A stretch of 63,630 bases of DNA, counting the filler, from Octopus bimaculoides (taxonomy: Eukaryota), in NCBI RefSeq assembly GCF_001194135.2. It is 8 parts of 8 records of this genome, joined end to end, with 100 filler letters (N's around TTAATTAATTAA, not from the genome) between each part and the next. Parts side by side here need not be neighbours in the genome. Positions count along the whole stretch, not along the records: positions 1 to 4,900 come from NC_068991.1; positions 5,001 to 19,761 come from NC_068985.1; 6 more parts are not named here. One strand, 5' to 3'. The position numbers and the translations under genes were made by a program. Positions 1-10,945 of the stretch are shown in pieces. The number at the start of each line of letters is the position of its first letter. Positions within the stretch are counted from its first letter, which is position 1. The notes beneath the pieces were generated by a model, which worked only from the letters and a program-made list of their open reading frames with translations, was not told where the DNA came from and ran no database searches.

Positions 1-222
1 GTGTGTGTGTGTGTGCTTGTTGCTCACCACTGCTTGACAATCGGTGTTGGTGTGTTTACGTCCCCGTAACTTAGCGGTTCGACAAAAGAAACCCATAGAA
101 TAAATATCAGGTTTAAAAAGAAAATAAGTATTGAAGTCTATTAGTTCGAATAAAATTCCTCAAGGTGGTGCCCCAGCATGGCCGCAGTCTAATGACTGAA
201 ACAAGTAAAAGATAAAAGGTAG
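1..222 (+). mobile_element. SINE family A, 3' half
   Basis: Matches 39360-39560 (cttgacaa..gtgtttacgtccccgtaacttagcggttc..cagcatggccgcagtc..gactgaaacaagtaaaag). Confidence 0.8.
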
Positions 223-868
223 AGCCTGTCAAGACCAAGTCAATTGTTGAACAGTCCCCAGCTATTGATCTTGCTCTCTTTCACAGATCATCGAACATCT
301 GGAAGAATTCCATTTCCTAAGAATATTTTCAAATATCTGAAGAAATATTTCTTCTCTCTCAAATTATGAGAAGACACCCGTCTAGCGCCACTTACATCTA
401 ATAACATCTACTTTCTGATCGCTTTTATCTTGTACTGACCAAACAAAGCGTAAAATTTTAGAGCTGTCGCAGCTAAGCTAAATAACATGCGGTCATTGTT
501 CAGAACATTGTTTACCATATTCATATATACATTCTGAAATAAACCATTCGTTAGATTTTGATTTTCGTTGAAAATGGTAGATAATCACTTAAAATCTTCA
601 AATGTCCAAAACTTAATTGCTAAAATGTGAGGACGTCTCTTCTGCGAAAATTTCTCCCAATTTTCGTCACTCTTCTCATTTTCTAATTTTCATGAAAGAA
701 AATTTTCATTTACACCCTCTTCTGCAATTCTTCTTTAAAATGGGTAACCATTCTTTATAAAATATAACCATTCTTTAAATATTGTATCCATTTCTTCCAT
801 CAACACCCCATTAAGTGAATCGAGATAAATGTCGCGTTCTTGTTATTTTAGCTTTAAAGGCTTATTGG

Positions 869-1084
869 TTTCAAATTTTGGCACAAGGCCAGTAATTTAG
901 GAGGAGGGAGTAAGTCTATTGCATCGACCCCTCCCAGTGCTCAACTAGTACTTATATTATTGACCCCGAAAGCATGAAAGGCAAAGTCGACCTGGGCGGG
1001 ATTTGAACTCAGAACGTAAGGACAGACGAAATGCTGCTAAGCAATTTTCCCGGTGTGCTAACTATTCTGCTAGCTCACCGTCTT
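869..1084 (-). mobile_element. SINE family B
   Basis: Reverse complement of the ggcggcgagctggc..ttctgagttcaaat..gtcgactttgcctttcat..ggccttgtgcc element seen at 42322-42522. Confidence 0.75.
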
Positions 1085-1499
1085 GAGACTTAAAGCTATT
1101 GTAGGTAAAATTTCCAGATGTTAAGTGAATTTTGATATGTTAAATAAAAATAATTATCTTTTGCAGATACTCAACTATAGGTCTTTCCTAAATTTGAACT
1201 CCAGCTAATGCGTTTATAGAGCAAAATAATTCCTCTCGTCAACTATTTCACCCTGAACATTTCAGTAAGTAAACACAAGCTGAATAAAATGGATGATAGA
1301 AGCATCCACGTTCAGCCGAAATTAGTAATCTAAACACATATTCTCCACTTTCAAGCCCTGTCAAACAACATTTACATTCTTGATTCCTGTCATGTGATAT
1401 CTTCTTACAATCCACTTGACTATTTCTAATTCCTTTAATCTGTCTGGTCACTCAAAAATAGATAGCCTTTCAACCAAACAACAAACACAACACTTTGTA

Positions 1500-2040
1500 G
1501 CTTGTATTTCTATCGTTGTCCAGTCATAGCGGGAGACAGAGAAAGAGAGAAAAGTGGACGCCGTGGCGGCGGTGGCAGTAGTTGTTTTGTGAGGTGGCTA
1601 AGAGGGAAGAGGCATAATTGCTTAATCGATAGCAAAGGTTTTTTTTTCTTTTTTCCTTTCTCCACATCCGTAACACGCATGCAATAAATCAATTGATATC
1701 AATTGAGAATCAGCAAAGATTGTGTTAATACCCGTGTCCGAAATGGCGATAAGCGATAGATCATTTACTTATTTACGTCTATCGACTTGAACTAAGAAAA
1801 CGACTTTTCGCCATCTTTTTGATCGTATCGTTAGGTTCGATCTATCTAGCTTGCAAGTCAATTTGTTACTTAATGCAAAATACACGACCACTCAATCTTT
1901 CTACTCTTGCTTGCCAGTCATAAACAGCTTGTTTGGTCTAAAGTGTCTTTTCTGCCAATGGCTGCTACTAGAACACATCAATATGGTGGCGGCGGCAGCG
2001 CCAGTGGTTCTACCAGCGTTTCGCCTTTTCTTTGTACACT
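1500..2040. promoter_or_regulatory. CpG-enriched, promoter-like segment
   Basis: Local CpG and GGC-run enrichment with YY1-like words (aaatggcg ~1741; cgccatcttt ~1810). No gene is linked to it. Confidence 0.25.
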
Positions 2041-2065
2041 TATATCACTTTAATGGGGAAAAGGA

Positions 2066-2275
2066 TGCATGTATGTGTGTATCTATTTATGTATATGTAT
2101 GCACATGTGCATGCATGTATATGCATCTATGTATGTATGTATGTATGTATGTATGTATGCATGTATGTATGTGTGTGTGAGTGTGTGTGTATGTATGTGT
2201 GTATATATGTATTATGTGTGTATATATGTATGCATGTATATATGTATGTATGTGTGTGTATGTATGTATGTATAT
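2066..2275. repeat. (TATG)n/(TG)n microsatellite mosaic
   Basis: Direct reading. Confidence 0.95.
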
Positions 2276-2705
2276 CGTTTTAGGGATGTGGAATCTCTTT
2301 TTCAATCCAAAGTGCTTTTAAACAAATATTTACATGCTATCATTTATAGCTTTATTTGCTTTGAGATACACAGTTCTTAAAAAGAATGAGTTCAGGTTCT
2401 CGAAGTTTCTAAATTCATGTGACGTTAACAATACAAGGTACATGTATATTTCCATACATAAATATATATCTTAGGGCTCATGTGATTATGTGCAGGTAAA
2501 TATACAAATCCAACATAGCCTAGTTTTTACACTTTACTTTAGTATTTTTCACAATTTTCTAGTTTTTCACAATTTTACAATTTAATAATATGACATTTTA
2601 TGATAAGGCAAGTACTTTCATGTTTCCGCAATCTTTAGGCTTATATAGTAAGAGCATTAACCGACAATTATGCGTGCGTGTGTGTGTGTATGCATATACA
2701 TATAT

Positions 2706-2875
2706 TATTTTAATTGTTTCAGTCATTTGGACTGCGGCCACGCTGGAGCACCGCCTTTAGTCGAACAAATCGACCCCCAGGATTTATTCTTTGCTAGCTT
2801 AGCACTTATTCTATCGGTCTCTTTTTGCCGAACCGCTAGCTTACGGGAACGTAAACACACCAGTATCAGATTTCA
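2706..2875 (-). mobile_element. SINE family A, 3' part
   Basis: gtttcagtcatttggactgcggccacgctggagcaccgcc..cgtaaacacacc is the reverse complement of the family A tail. Confidence 0.8.
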
Positions 2876-3160
2876 ATATATATNNNNNNNNNNNNNNNNN
2901 NNNNNNNNNNNNNNNNNNNNNNNNNNNNNNNNNNNNNNNNNNNNNNNNNNNNNNNNNNNNNNNNNNNNNNNNNNNNNNNNNNNNNNNNNNNNNNNNNNNN
3001 NNNNNNNNNNNNNNNNNNNNNNNNNNNNNNNNNNNNNNNNNNNNNNNNNNNNNNNNNNNNNNNNNNNNNNNNNNNNNNNNNNNNNNNNNNNNNNNNNNNN
3101 NNNNNNNNNNNNNNNNNNNNNNNNNNNNNNNNNNNNNNNNNNNNNNNNNNNNNNNNNNNN

Positions 3161-3335
3161 GTTGGTGTGTTTACGTTCTAGTAACTTAGCGGTTCGGCAA
3201 AAGAAACCTACAGAATAAGTGCCGGACTTAAAAAGAAAATAAAAAATGGAATCCATTCATTCGACTAAAAGTTCTTCAAGATGATGCTGCTCCAGTATGG
3301 CTGCATTCTAATGGCTGAAACAAGTAAAAGATAAC
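3161..3335 (+). mobile_element. SINE family A, 3' part
   Basis: gttggtgtgtttacgt..gtaacttagcggttcggcaaaag..gaaacaagtaaaagata. Confidence 0.75.
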
Positions 3336-3685
3336 CATAAAAGATCTATATATATATAATCCGGAAAGGCTTTGGAATCAAAGGTTCAGGAAAATTGATG
3401 CCATTCCTGTATAAAACGCATGCGCAACTAGACGCAGGTATAGTCGAATGGTTATTCAGATATTCCATAAATGATGTTCGATGAAACGAGGACCAGTCGA
3501 AGTACCACAGTCGATATAAATGACAAACACCCTACAAAGCGACGAAACCAGTGTAAGAAATAAAATAAAATATGGTTATATGCTTCACGGTATCTGTCCG
3601 TGCTTGTTTCTCAGGTCGCGAGGAAGAAGATATGTATGTACCCTACTGATTCTTTATCAGTGAATAAGCATGTGCTATTAAGGAC

Positions 3686-4395
3686 ATGAAGGCCGCGAGC
3701 TGGCAGAGCATGAGGGGCAAAATGCTTAGCAGCATTCCGTATTTACGTTCTGAGTTCAAATTCTGTCGAAATCGAATTTGTCTTTCAACCTCTCGTGGTC
3801 GATAAAATAAGAACTAGTTGAGCACTTGGATCGATGTAAATAAGGACATGTAAGGCGGTGAGCTGGTTGAATCGTTATCACACCGGGCGAAATGCTTAGC
3901 GTTCTGAGTTCACGTTCTGAGTTCAAATTCCGCCGAGGTTGACTTTGCCTTTCATCATTTCGGGGTCGATGAATTAAGTACCAGTGAAACCCTGTGGTCG
4001 ATGTAATCGACTAGCCTCCTCTCCAAAAATTTCAGGCCTTGTGCCTTTAGTAGAAACGATTATTAAGGATATGTATGTGTGAATATCTTTGAATATGTAT
4101 GTACATAGTTATATGTCTCACTGAGTTTTGAAGATGTGTATGTGCTTTAGTGTTTTTTAGTTAGTGTATGATGTGTATTATAAGGACAATATAAAGGTAG
4201 CAGGCTGACAGAATCGTGCACATATCGGACCAAAGGCTTAGCAGCATTTCTACTGCCTTTACGTTCTGAGTTCAAATTCGGCCTCTCATCCTTTCGGGGT
4301 CGATAAAATAAATACCAATCGAACACTGGGGTCAACGAAATCGACTAGCACCTTCCCCAAGAATTTGAAGTCTTGTGCCTATAGTAAAAAAGAAT
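3686..4395 (+). mobile_element. Three neighbouring SINE family B copies (~3686-3840, ~3850-4065, ~4190-4395)
   Basis: Each carries gagctgg..gcttagc..gttctgagttcaaattc..ggtcgataaaataag/gtaccag. Confidence 0.75.
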
Positions 4396-4599
4396 ATTAG
4401 TATTCGTGAGCGTGTGTGTGCATGTGTGCTTGAATATAACGTAGGCGAATAGGTGTGTATATGTGCATAGGTGTGTATATGTGTATAGGTGTGTATATTT
4501 TTCACTGAGTACTATGTGACTGCACATTTGTGAATACATGCACATAAAATTTTGACAACGTCACATAAAGCATTATTGTGTATGCGTATATATTTAGTA

Positions 4600-4900
4600 C
4601 TAGCAGTATAGCCCGGCGCTGCTTGGGATTAAGCTAGGATTATTAAGTGATCAAGTGCTTTATTTCAAACCAAAATAAGTAACATGGACATCAGATTTAA
4701 GCGAAATCCGTTGAAATTGGTTTGGCTGAAAATGGTTTGCTGGCAATTTAATTGGGAAATCCCATAAGGAATCAGTTTATTGGTTATTTCCACTCATTGA
4801 CTGTTTTTTTAAAAGTTGCATTAGAGATCTGCATAGGAAAAGGTTGATCTGAAGGTTTGCATTGGGGATGTGAATTGGAGTAACTTAGGAAAATTTACCA
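4600..4900 (-). mobile_element. Helitron-like element, 3' end (5' part lost in gap)
   Basis: Minus strand ends ...CTAG|T (4600-4603), preceded by an imperfect GC hairpin (plus strand cccggcgctgcttggg). Same terminus style as 19598-19688. Confidence 0.6.
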
Positions 4901-5000
4901 NNNNNNNNNNNNNNNNNNNNNNNNNNNNNNNNNNNNNNNNNNNNTTAATTAATTAANNNNNNNNNNNNNNNNNNNNNNNNNNNNNNNNNNNNNNNNNNNN

Positions 5001-5311
5001 GAGAAACTTTCAAAATACAAAGACCTGGAAATAGAGGTAACTCGAATGTGGAATCTAAAAACAGAAACAATTCCTATCATAGTAGGTGCCTTAGGTATAA
5101 TAAAAAAAATATTCAGACAAATACATAACAAAAACACCAGGACTTACAAATATATATAACATACAGAAAATTGCACTACTGGGTACTGCACACATTCTAC
5201 GCAAAACACTTTCAATACAGTAAACATAAGAGCACCACAGCACATACCCAGGCACACAGAGCTGCGCTCGGTAGTGAAGTGAAAGCACGTTATAAAAATA
5301 AAACTACTGAA
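5001..5311 (+). mobile_element. R4/Dong-type RLE non-LTR retrotransposon, 3' end
   Basis: Translates EKLSKYKDLEIEVTRMWNLKTETIPIIVGALGII...IQKIALLGTAHILRKTLSIQ*, then a 3' UTR and a (TAA)/(TGA) tail to ~5446. Confidence 0.8.
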
Positions 5312-5367
5312 TAATAATAATAATATCAATAATGATAATAATCATAATAATAATGATAATGATAATA

Positions 5368-5410
<43 letters not shown>

Positions 5411-6289
5411 TGATGATGATGATGATGATGATGACGACGACGATGTAAAATCTTCCTCCCACTCAGACTTCTATTTACATATTCATATTCTTTACTTCTT
5501 ATAATTTGATGATACCATCTTTCTTTGCAAGTTTTTCAGATGCTTGTAAACAAAACTTGCATCCAAAGTCTACCAGCTAAGCATTAGAATGGCTTGTATT
5601 ACACTATGTTAATGTACATAACAAATGTGTAGTCAGGGCTAGACTCATAAAGCCATCTGTGACAGTCTCACTCTTACCTTTTCACACCCAAATGTTTAAC
5701 CTTCGTACTTACAGGCTCACTCTTCCTGATATTTTTCTGTAACCTTTGCTGACGCTAAATCACTTTAATCCCCCTGCCTCCTGCCATTCATACCATCAAC
5801 ACTAAAGAACAATGTCTCACTCAGATCTAACATTACTGTTTAGAATTGTTTCTGCAAGTCATTTTCTGTGTTGGGGGTGGTGGTTTTCTACATGAAGTAA
5901 AATTATCTAAATTATTGAGTTAATAAATGATGGCAATATTATTCTAAGCAGATAATGCAGCATTGACTATTGTGAAAAGAGAGATGTGACAAGTAGTGAA
6001 AAATAAAGAATGGAAGGGACATCAAAATAATTTTCCCATTTGCTGTAGCTTTTTTAGGAGTGTGACACACTATAGCATAATTTGAACAAATGGAAACATC
6101 CACATACAAATAACATCCCTTTATATACCTATATGCATCTACTTGTTTGTAACTTAAAAGAGAAACAGGTAAGAAAGGGAAAGAGTAAAAAAATAAAGTA
6201 GGTGGGAAATTTTTTAAAATCATTACAATTTCATATTTGAATTTGTTTGAAATGTTGTTTCCCCTTCATGTAAAGTAAAAAAGAAAAAC

Positions 6290-6490
6290 CATATATCATC
6301 ACTGCCATTTAATATCCATTTTCCATGCTGCCATGGGTTAGATAGTTCAACAGGAGCTGGTGAACTAGAGGACTGTGTCAAGCTCCAATGTCTGTATTGG
6401 CATGGTTTGTATGGTTGGATGCTTTTCCTAATGCCAACCACTTCACAGGTTAGACTTGCTGCTTTTAATGTGGCACTGGCATTGGTGAGA
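6290..6490 (-). mobile_element. RTE LINE 3' UTR fragment
   Basis: Reverse complement of the 3' UTR at 8590-8765 (gtggttggcattaggaa..gcatccaaccatacaaaccatgcc..cagcatggaaaa). Confidence 0.7.
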
Positions 6491-7194
6491 TACCAAGTAA
6501 GTTGTAAGACAAGACTCCTCAACTGAAATGGAGTGCAATATTGAGAGAGGTGGCCTTATGCCAGGTGATGAAAGGTTAAAGTATGATAGAGGGACAGGAA
6601 CGGGTGTTTTGCTGTAGGTGTGTGTGGGGTTGTGTACATGGTTACCCCTGTTGAAAAAGAGAGATGTTAAAGATGTGTCAGGGTATTCCTTCAAGTTACA
6701 GGAAGGTGTATATAAGAGAAATGAAACAAGGAGTTAGACAGGGTAGGTAAGTTCATGGGAGCGGTGGGTGGATAGAGAGGAATGTAGTAAGTGACGAACA
6801 CAATGGAGGCACAGTCAGTTGTGAAAATCAGTTGGAAGGTAATCTAGAAAAGGGTCAGAAGTAATAGGTGGTAGTGCAGATGATGTGAAGTGTGAGGTAT
6901 GTTGGGAGAGAGAGATGCACAGTGCCAAGGACAAAGTCAGAGGTGCATAAGGATGGAAGCAGTGTGAAGCAAAGAGAAGTAATGGAAGGGTACTGCTACT
7001 AGCAAAATGTGTGGGGGAGGGGGGTAAAGCAAAACGTGGGAGATGAGAGGGGCATTCAGTGGAAAATAAAGTGATGGGGGAAGATATTGAGAATGCATGG
7101 GAAATAGGAAGTAGTTCTGGGGAGGGTGAGCAGAAAGGGGGATATGTGTAATTCTGCTCTCATTTCCCACTCAACCTAGTGCTTTCAGAGAAAT

Positions 7195-7740
7195 CACTTC
7201 CCTACAAAAGCTATTGACTATTTTCAGTGAGCTGTCTGGGTATTTAAGACTCAATTTCCACTGTGCTCATACTGCATATGAAGATTACATTCTCAGATAG
7301 TCTGCTAGTGATTCCATGACATCTCATGTGTCCATAGCTTACATCAAGTAGTGTAAGGAGTTTATACCCACTCCTTTTCTGCATATCAAGTAAGGCTATT
7401 TCTTTGTAGGTACCAGGATCATGTCTTTTTACTTACTTACTAAAACATTTGTCTTTGCAAGGTTTACATTAAAGCCTCTCAATTCCAGGTTCAGTTTCCA
7501 CACTTGGAATTTCTTCTCCAATTCCTTTATGGATTCAGTTATGAGAGCTAGGTCATCAGAATACAGATGGACAGCCAATTTTAATTCCACTGTGATGACT
7601 TGTAGGACTATGATAAATAGGAGAGGACTGAGGACAAAACATTAATGAACTCCTACTTTCATGTTAAATTCATCACTGAAGTCATTGCCTACTCCCACTT
7701 TACTTGCCACATCCTTGTACATAGCTTGAACTGATTGGAC
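7195..7740 (-). mobile_element. RTE-clade LINE reverse transcriptase fragment (decayed)
   Basis: Minus translation AMYKDVASKVGVGNDFSDEFNMKVGVH*..LSPLLFIIVLQ..YSDDLALITES..VNLAKT..ICRKGVG, with stops and frameshifts. Confidence 0.85.
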
Positions 7741-7759
7741 ATTCAAATACTCCTAGTAC

Positions 7760-7797
<38 letters not shown>

Positions 7798-7849
7798 ATG
7801 AATATACATTCATATGTACACACACACACACACACACACAGAGGTGTAG

Positions 7850-8765
7850 TGGTATCACAGGAAGGTTAACGTAGAAAATAGTCTTTGCGTATGACATGAG
7901 TGGGTACAATAAGCACTAAAAATGCGCAGACAATACTCCCTCAAATGTTCAGGGGTATCATTAAAAGTAGTAGATAGCTTTTGTTACCTAGGAGATCAAG
8001 TAGCAGTGGAGGAGGAAGTTCTGAAAGTGAAGTAGAGAATAAGAATGGGCTGGGCAAAGTTCAGAGAGCTTCTAGTTGGCAACTTAGGACCTCTCTCCCA
8101 GAGGGAAAGGCAGATTGTATGATGCCTGTGTACGTACAGCTATGTTACATGGCAGTGAAACCATGGACTTTGACTATAGAGGACTTGCTTACAGAGGAAA
8201 GCTTAAAAGAAATGAAGCTAGCATGCTCCATTGGATGGACAATGTCAGCATACACACATAACAGCGTGTAAGTGATTTAAGAGGAAAACTGGGTATAAGA
8301 GGCATCAGATGTTGTGTGCAAGAGAGAAGACTGCACTGGCTCAATCATGTAATGCGTATGGATGAAGAAATGCTGAGCTCTAATTGTGGAAAGAACCTGT
8401 GGAAAGGGTAGACCCAGGAAGACGAGGGACAAAGTGGTGAGAAAGGATCTTTGGATGCTGGGCCTCACTGAGGAAATAACAAGGGACCGGGAGTTGTGGT
8501 GATTTGCTGTACTTGAGAAGACATGTCAAGCTAAGTAAGATTGCTGTCATCCATACATACAGGTTTATCCTTTGCAAGTACTGGTGCTGCATAAACACAC
8601 CCATGCTGATGGCACGTAAAAAGCACCCAGCACACTCTATAAAGTGGTTGGTGTTAGGAAGGGCATCCAGCCGTAGAGACCATGCCACAACAGACAACTG
8701 GAGTCTGGACAGCTCCATGTCAAACTGTCCAACCCATTCCAGCATGGAAAACAGATATTTAATGA

Positions 8766-8770
<5 letters not shown>
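7850..8770 (+). mobile_element. RTE-clade LINE, 5'-truncated, C-terminus plus 3' UTR
   Basis: VVDSFCYLGDQ..RIRMGWAKFREL..RLYDACVRTAMLHGSET..RGRPRKT..DKVVRKDL..LGLTEE, then a UTR ending tgatga/(TA)n. Confidence 0.85.
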
Positions 8771-8804
<34 letters not shown>

Positions 8805-9128
8805 TAGGAAAATAAAAAATAATAATAAGGCAGAATGCTAAACTGAAAGCATATTTTAATATAAATGTGTATAAGGAGGATTAAAAAGGATTTCTAACCG
8901 GCTTTCATTGCATGGCAAATTTTCAAGAAGAGGAAGAATGAAAATGTTTTTTACAAAAGAATAAAAAATAATATATAAAAAAATAAATATACCAATACAT
9001 TATATTGTCTTTGAGCTTTTAAATCTTCCTTACACACATCTATATTAAAATATGCTTTCAGTTTAGCATTCTGCCTTATTATTATTTTTTATTTTCCTAT
9101 TATTTCTCCACCATTTACTGACTTATAC

Positions 9129-9164
<36 letters not shown>

Positions 9165-9171
<7 letters not shown>

Positions 9172-9355
9172 CTTGCTGCATCCTTGTACATTGCTTGAAC
9201 TAACTGCACATTTATATACTATATATCACCATTTTATGTGACACTGGCATCTACAAAAGACAAGCCTGTATGTATGGATGATAGTAATTTTACTTAGCTT
9301 GATGTGTCTGCTCAAGTATAGCAAACCACCACAATTCCCGGTCCTTTGTGTCTTT
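9165..9355 (-). mobile_element. RTE LINE fragments
   Basis: Pieces similar to 7700-7735 and 8470-8620 in reverse orientation. Confidence 0.55.
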
Positions 9356-9555
9356 GTTTGTCCCCCACAAGCGCTTTACAGCCAGTGATGGTCTGTTTCC
9401 ATCTCCATAACTTAGCAGTTTGGCAAAAGAAACTGACAGAATAAGTATCAGGCATAAAGAAAATAAGTACTGGGGTCGATTCATTCAACTAAAAATTCTT
9501 CAAGGCACTGCCCAAGCATGGCTGCAGTCTAATGACTGAAATAGGATGAAAGATA
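9355..9555 (+). mobile_element. SINE family A, 3' part
   Basis: gtttgtccccc..aataagtactggggtcgattcattc..gcatggctgcagtctaatgactgaaa. Confidence 0.7.
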
Positions 9556-9567
9556 TATATATATATA

Positions 9568-9830
9568 TTGGGTCTTCAAGTATGAAATTTGTAGAAAAGA
9601 AAAAAGTTTGCTAATATTTTATAAATACAAGGAACAGTTTTATTCATCAAAGTATGCACCCATATTGTCAATACACTTTTTCCATTTCAGTGGTAGCTTG
9701 TCCAGTCTGGAACTGTAAAAGCCTGGCTATCTAGAGTCAATAAAATTTTGGAAGGCCTGTTTTATAGCATCGTTGGAATTAAGCTTCTGTCATTCATCAA
9801 GCATCAAGGTGCAAGAAAAACTCTTATGTT
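9568..9830 (-). mobile_element. mariner transposase C-terminus and probable 3' end
   Basis: Minus translation FNSNDAIKQAFQNFIDSR*PGFYSSRLDKLPLKWKKCIDNMGAYFDE* (stop at 9640-9642) resembles the mariner C-terminal helix motif. Confidence 0.7.
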
Positions 9831-9874
9831 TGTGGATGCTGAGGTGAATCACATAAATTCTCGAGTCCCCATTT

Positions 9875-10066
9875 GAGACTAAGAATCCTGCCTTTGTGAT
9901 GATATTTGGAGCCGTAGTGAGCGATGGAAGTGTCATGGGTCCACACTTCATTCAGTCTGGCTTGAAGACCAGCACAAAGGAGTATCTAGACATCCTGAAG
10001 AACTCTGTTACCTTGGATGGAGCAGACGTTCACACTTGACAATATGGTGCTTATCTAGGATTCTGC
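9875..10066 (+). mobile_element. Tc1/mariner-superfamily transposase fragment (DDE/D domain, maT-like)
   Basis: ETKNPAFVMIFGAVVSDGSVMGPHFIQSGLKTSTKEYLDILKNS/LLPWMEQTFTLDNMVLI*DSA, where the last motif is a decayed QDSA catalytic motif. Confidence 0.65.
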
Positions 10067-10412
10067 AGGAAGTAATGGAGTAACTCCCTAGCAGTTGTGA
10101 ACTCAGCCTGGCCCAGGCATAGAGATAAGAGAGTATTATTGTTTGCTGGAAGCATTGTGTATTGTTTGTGAAATGTAACGTGTCTGGAATGGCACAACAA
10201 TGCAGAATAGACTATAATAACTGTTATAAATAATTTAATTATTCATAGTCTAATATAATATTTCGGAATATAAAAATTCCTTCTTCAGATATTGCTAGGA
10301 AGTAATGGAGTAACTCCCTAGTGGTTGTAAACTTGGCCTGGCTCATGTGTAGCGACAAGAGGTCATAATCTAATATAATATTTCAGAATATAAAAATTCC
10401 TGCTTCAGATAT
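10067..10412 (-). repeat. Tandem repeat: one 230-nt unit plus one internally deleted 120-nt unit, hammerhead-bearing
   Basis: 10067-10131 repeats at 10297-10361 (offset 230); 10243-10292 repeats at 10363-10412 (offset 120). Confidence 0.85.
10252..10293 (-). ncRNA. Candidate minimal type I hammerhead ribozyme (AUAU palindromic helix III)
   Basis: Minus strand: aatat-CTGAAGA-a-GGAA-tttttata-TTCC-GAAATATT-atatt; stem I is 5 bp and stem II is 4 bp. Confidence 0.5.
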
Positions 10413-10434
10413 ATATATATATAGATGCATACAA

Positions 10435-10750
10435 ATCAGTCACTCTGTTGGTTATGATAACAAGTGTTGCAATTGATCTGATTAACGGAACAGCCTGCTC
10501 ATGATTTAACAAGCAAGTGGCTCAGCACTCCACAGACATGCATTACCCATAACATAATTCTCAGGAAGATTCAGTGTGACACAGAATGGGCTGGCTCTTT
10601 GAATTACAGGTACAACTCATTTTTGTCAACTGAGTGGACTAGAGCAATATGAAATGGAGCAATAAGATACAACATGCCGCCAGTAATCAAACTCATGATC
10701 ATCTGATTACAAGCTGAATACACTAAACTATAAGCCACATGCCTTTACAA
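10435..10750 (-). mobile_element. Old chimeric SINE: family D-type tRNA head with family C-type central/3' domain
   Basis: 10435-10612 matches 44045-44225 (family C); 10613-10750 matches 33320-33466 (family D head). Confidence 0.65.
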
Positions 10751-10751
10751 A

Positions 10752-10945
10752 TCATCATTTAACATCTGTTGTCCATACTGGTATGGGTTGGATGATTTGA
10801 CCGGGCCTAGCAAGCTGGAAGACTGCATCAGACTCCAGTCTGATTTGGCATGGTTTGTACGACTGGACGCCCTTCCTAACGCCAACCATTCTGAGAGTGT
10901 AGTAGGTGCTTTTACGTGTCACCTGCACGAAGGCCAGTATATATG
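10752..10945 (-). mobile_element. RTE LINE 3' UTR fragment
   Basis: Same 3' UTR as 6290-6490. Confidence 0.7.

Noticed and set aside
4945-4956. TTAATTAATTAA islands centred in N-runs (also 19806, 23092, 28941, 46530, 57941, 61993)
   Set aside because: An identical 12-mer always flanked by Ns is a scaffolding spacer, not biology.
7195-8770. Head-to-head RTE pieces as one twin-primed (5'-inverted) insertion
   Set aside because: The two pieces overlap in element coordinates and are clearly diverged there, so they are separate insertions.
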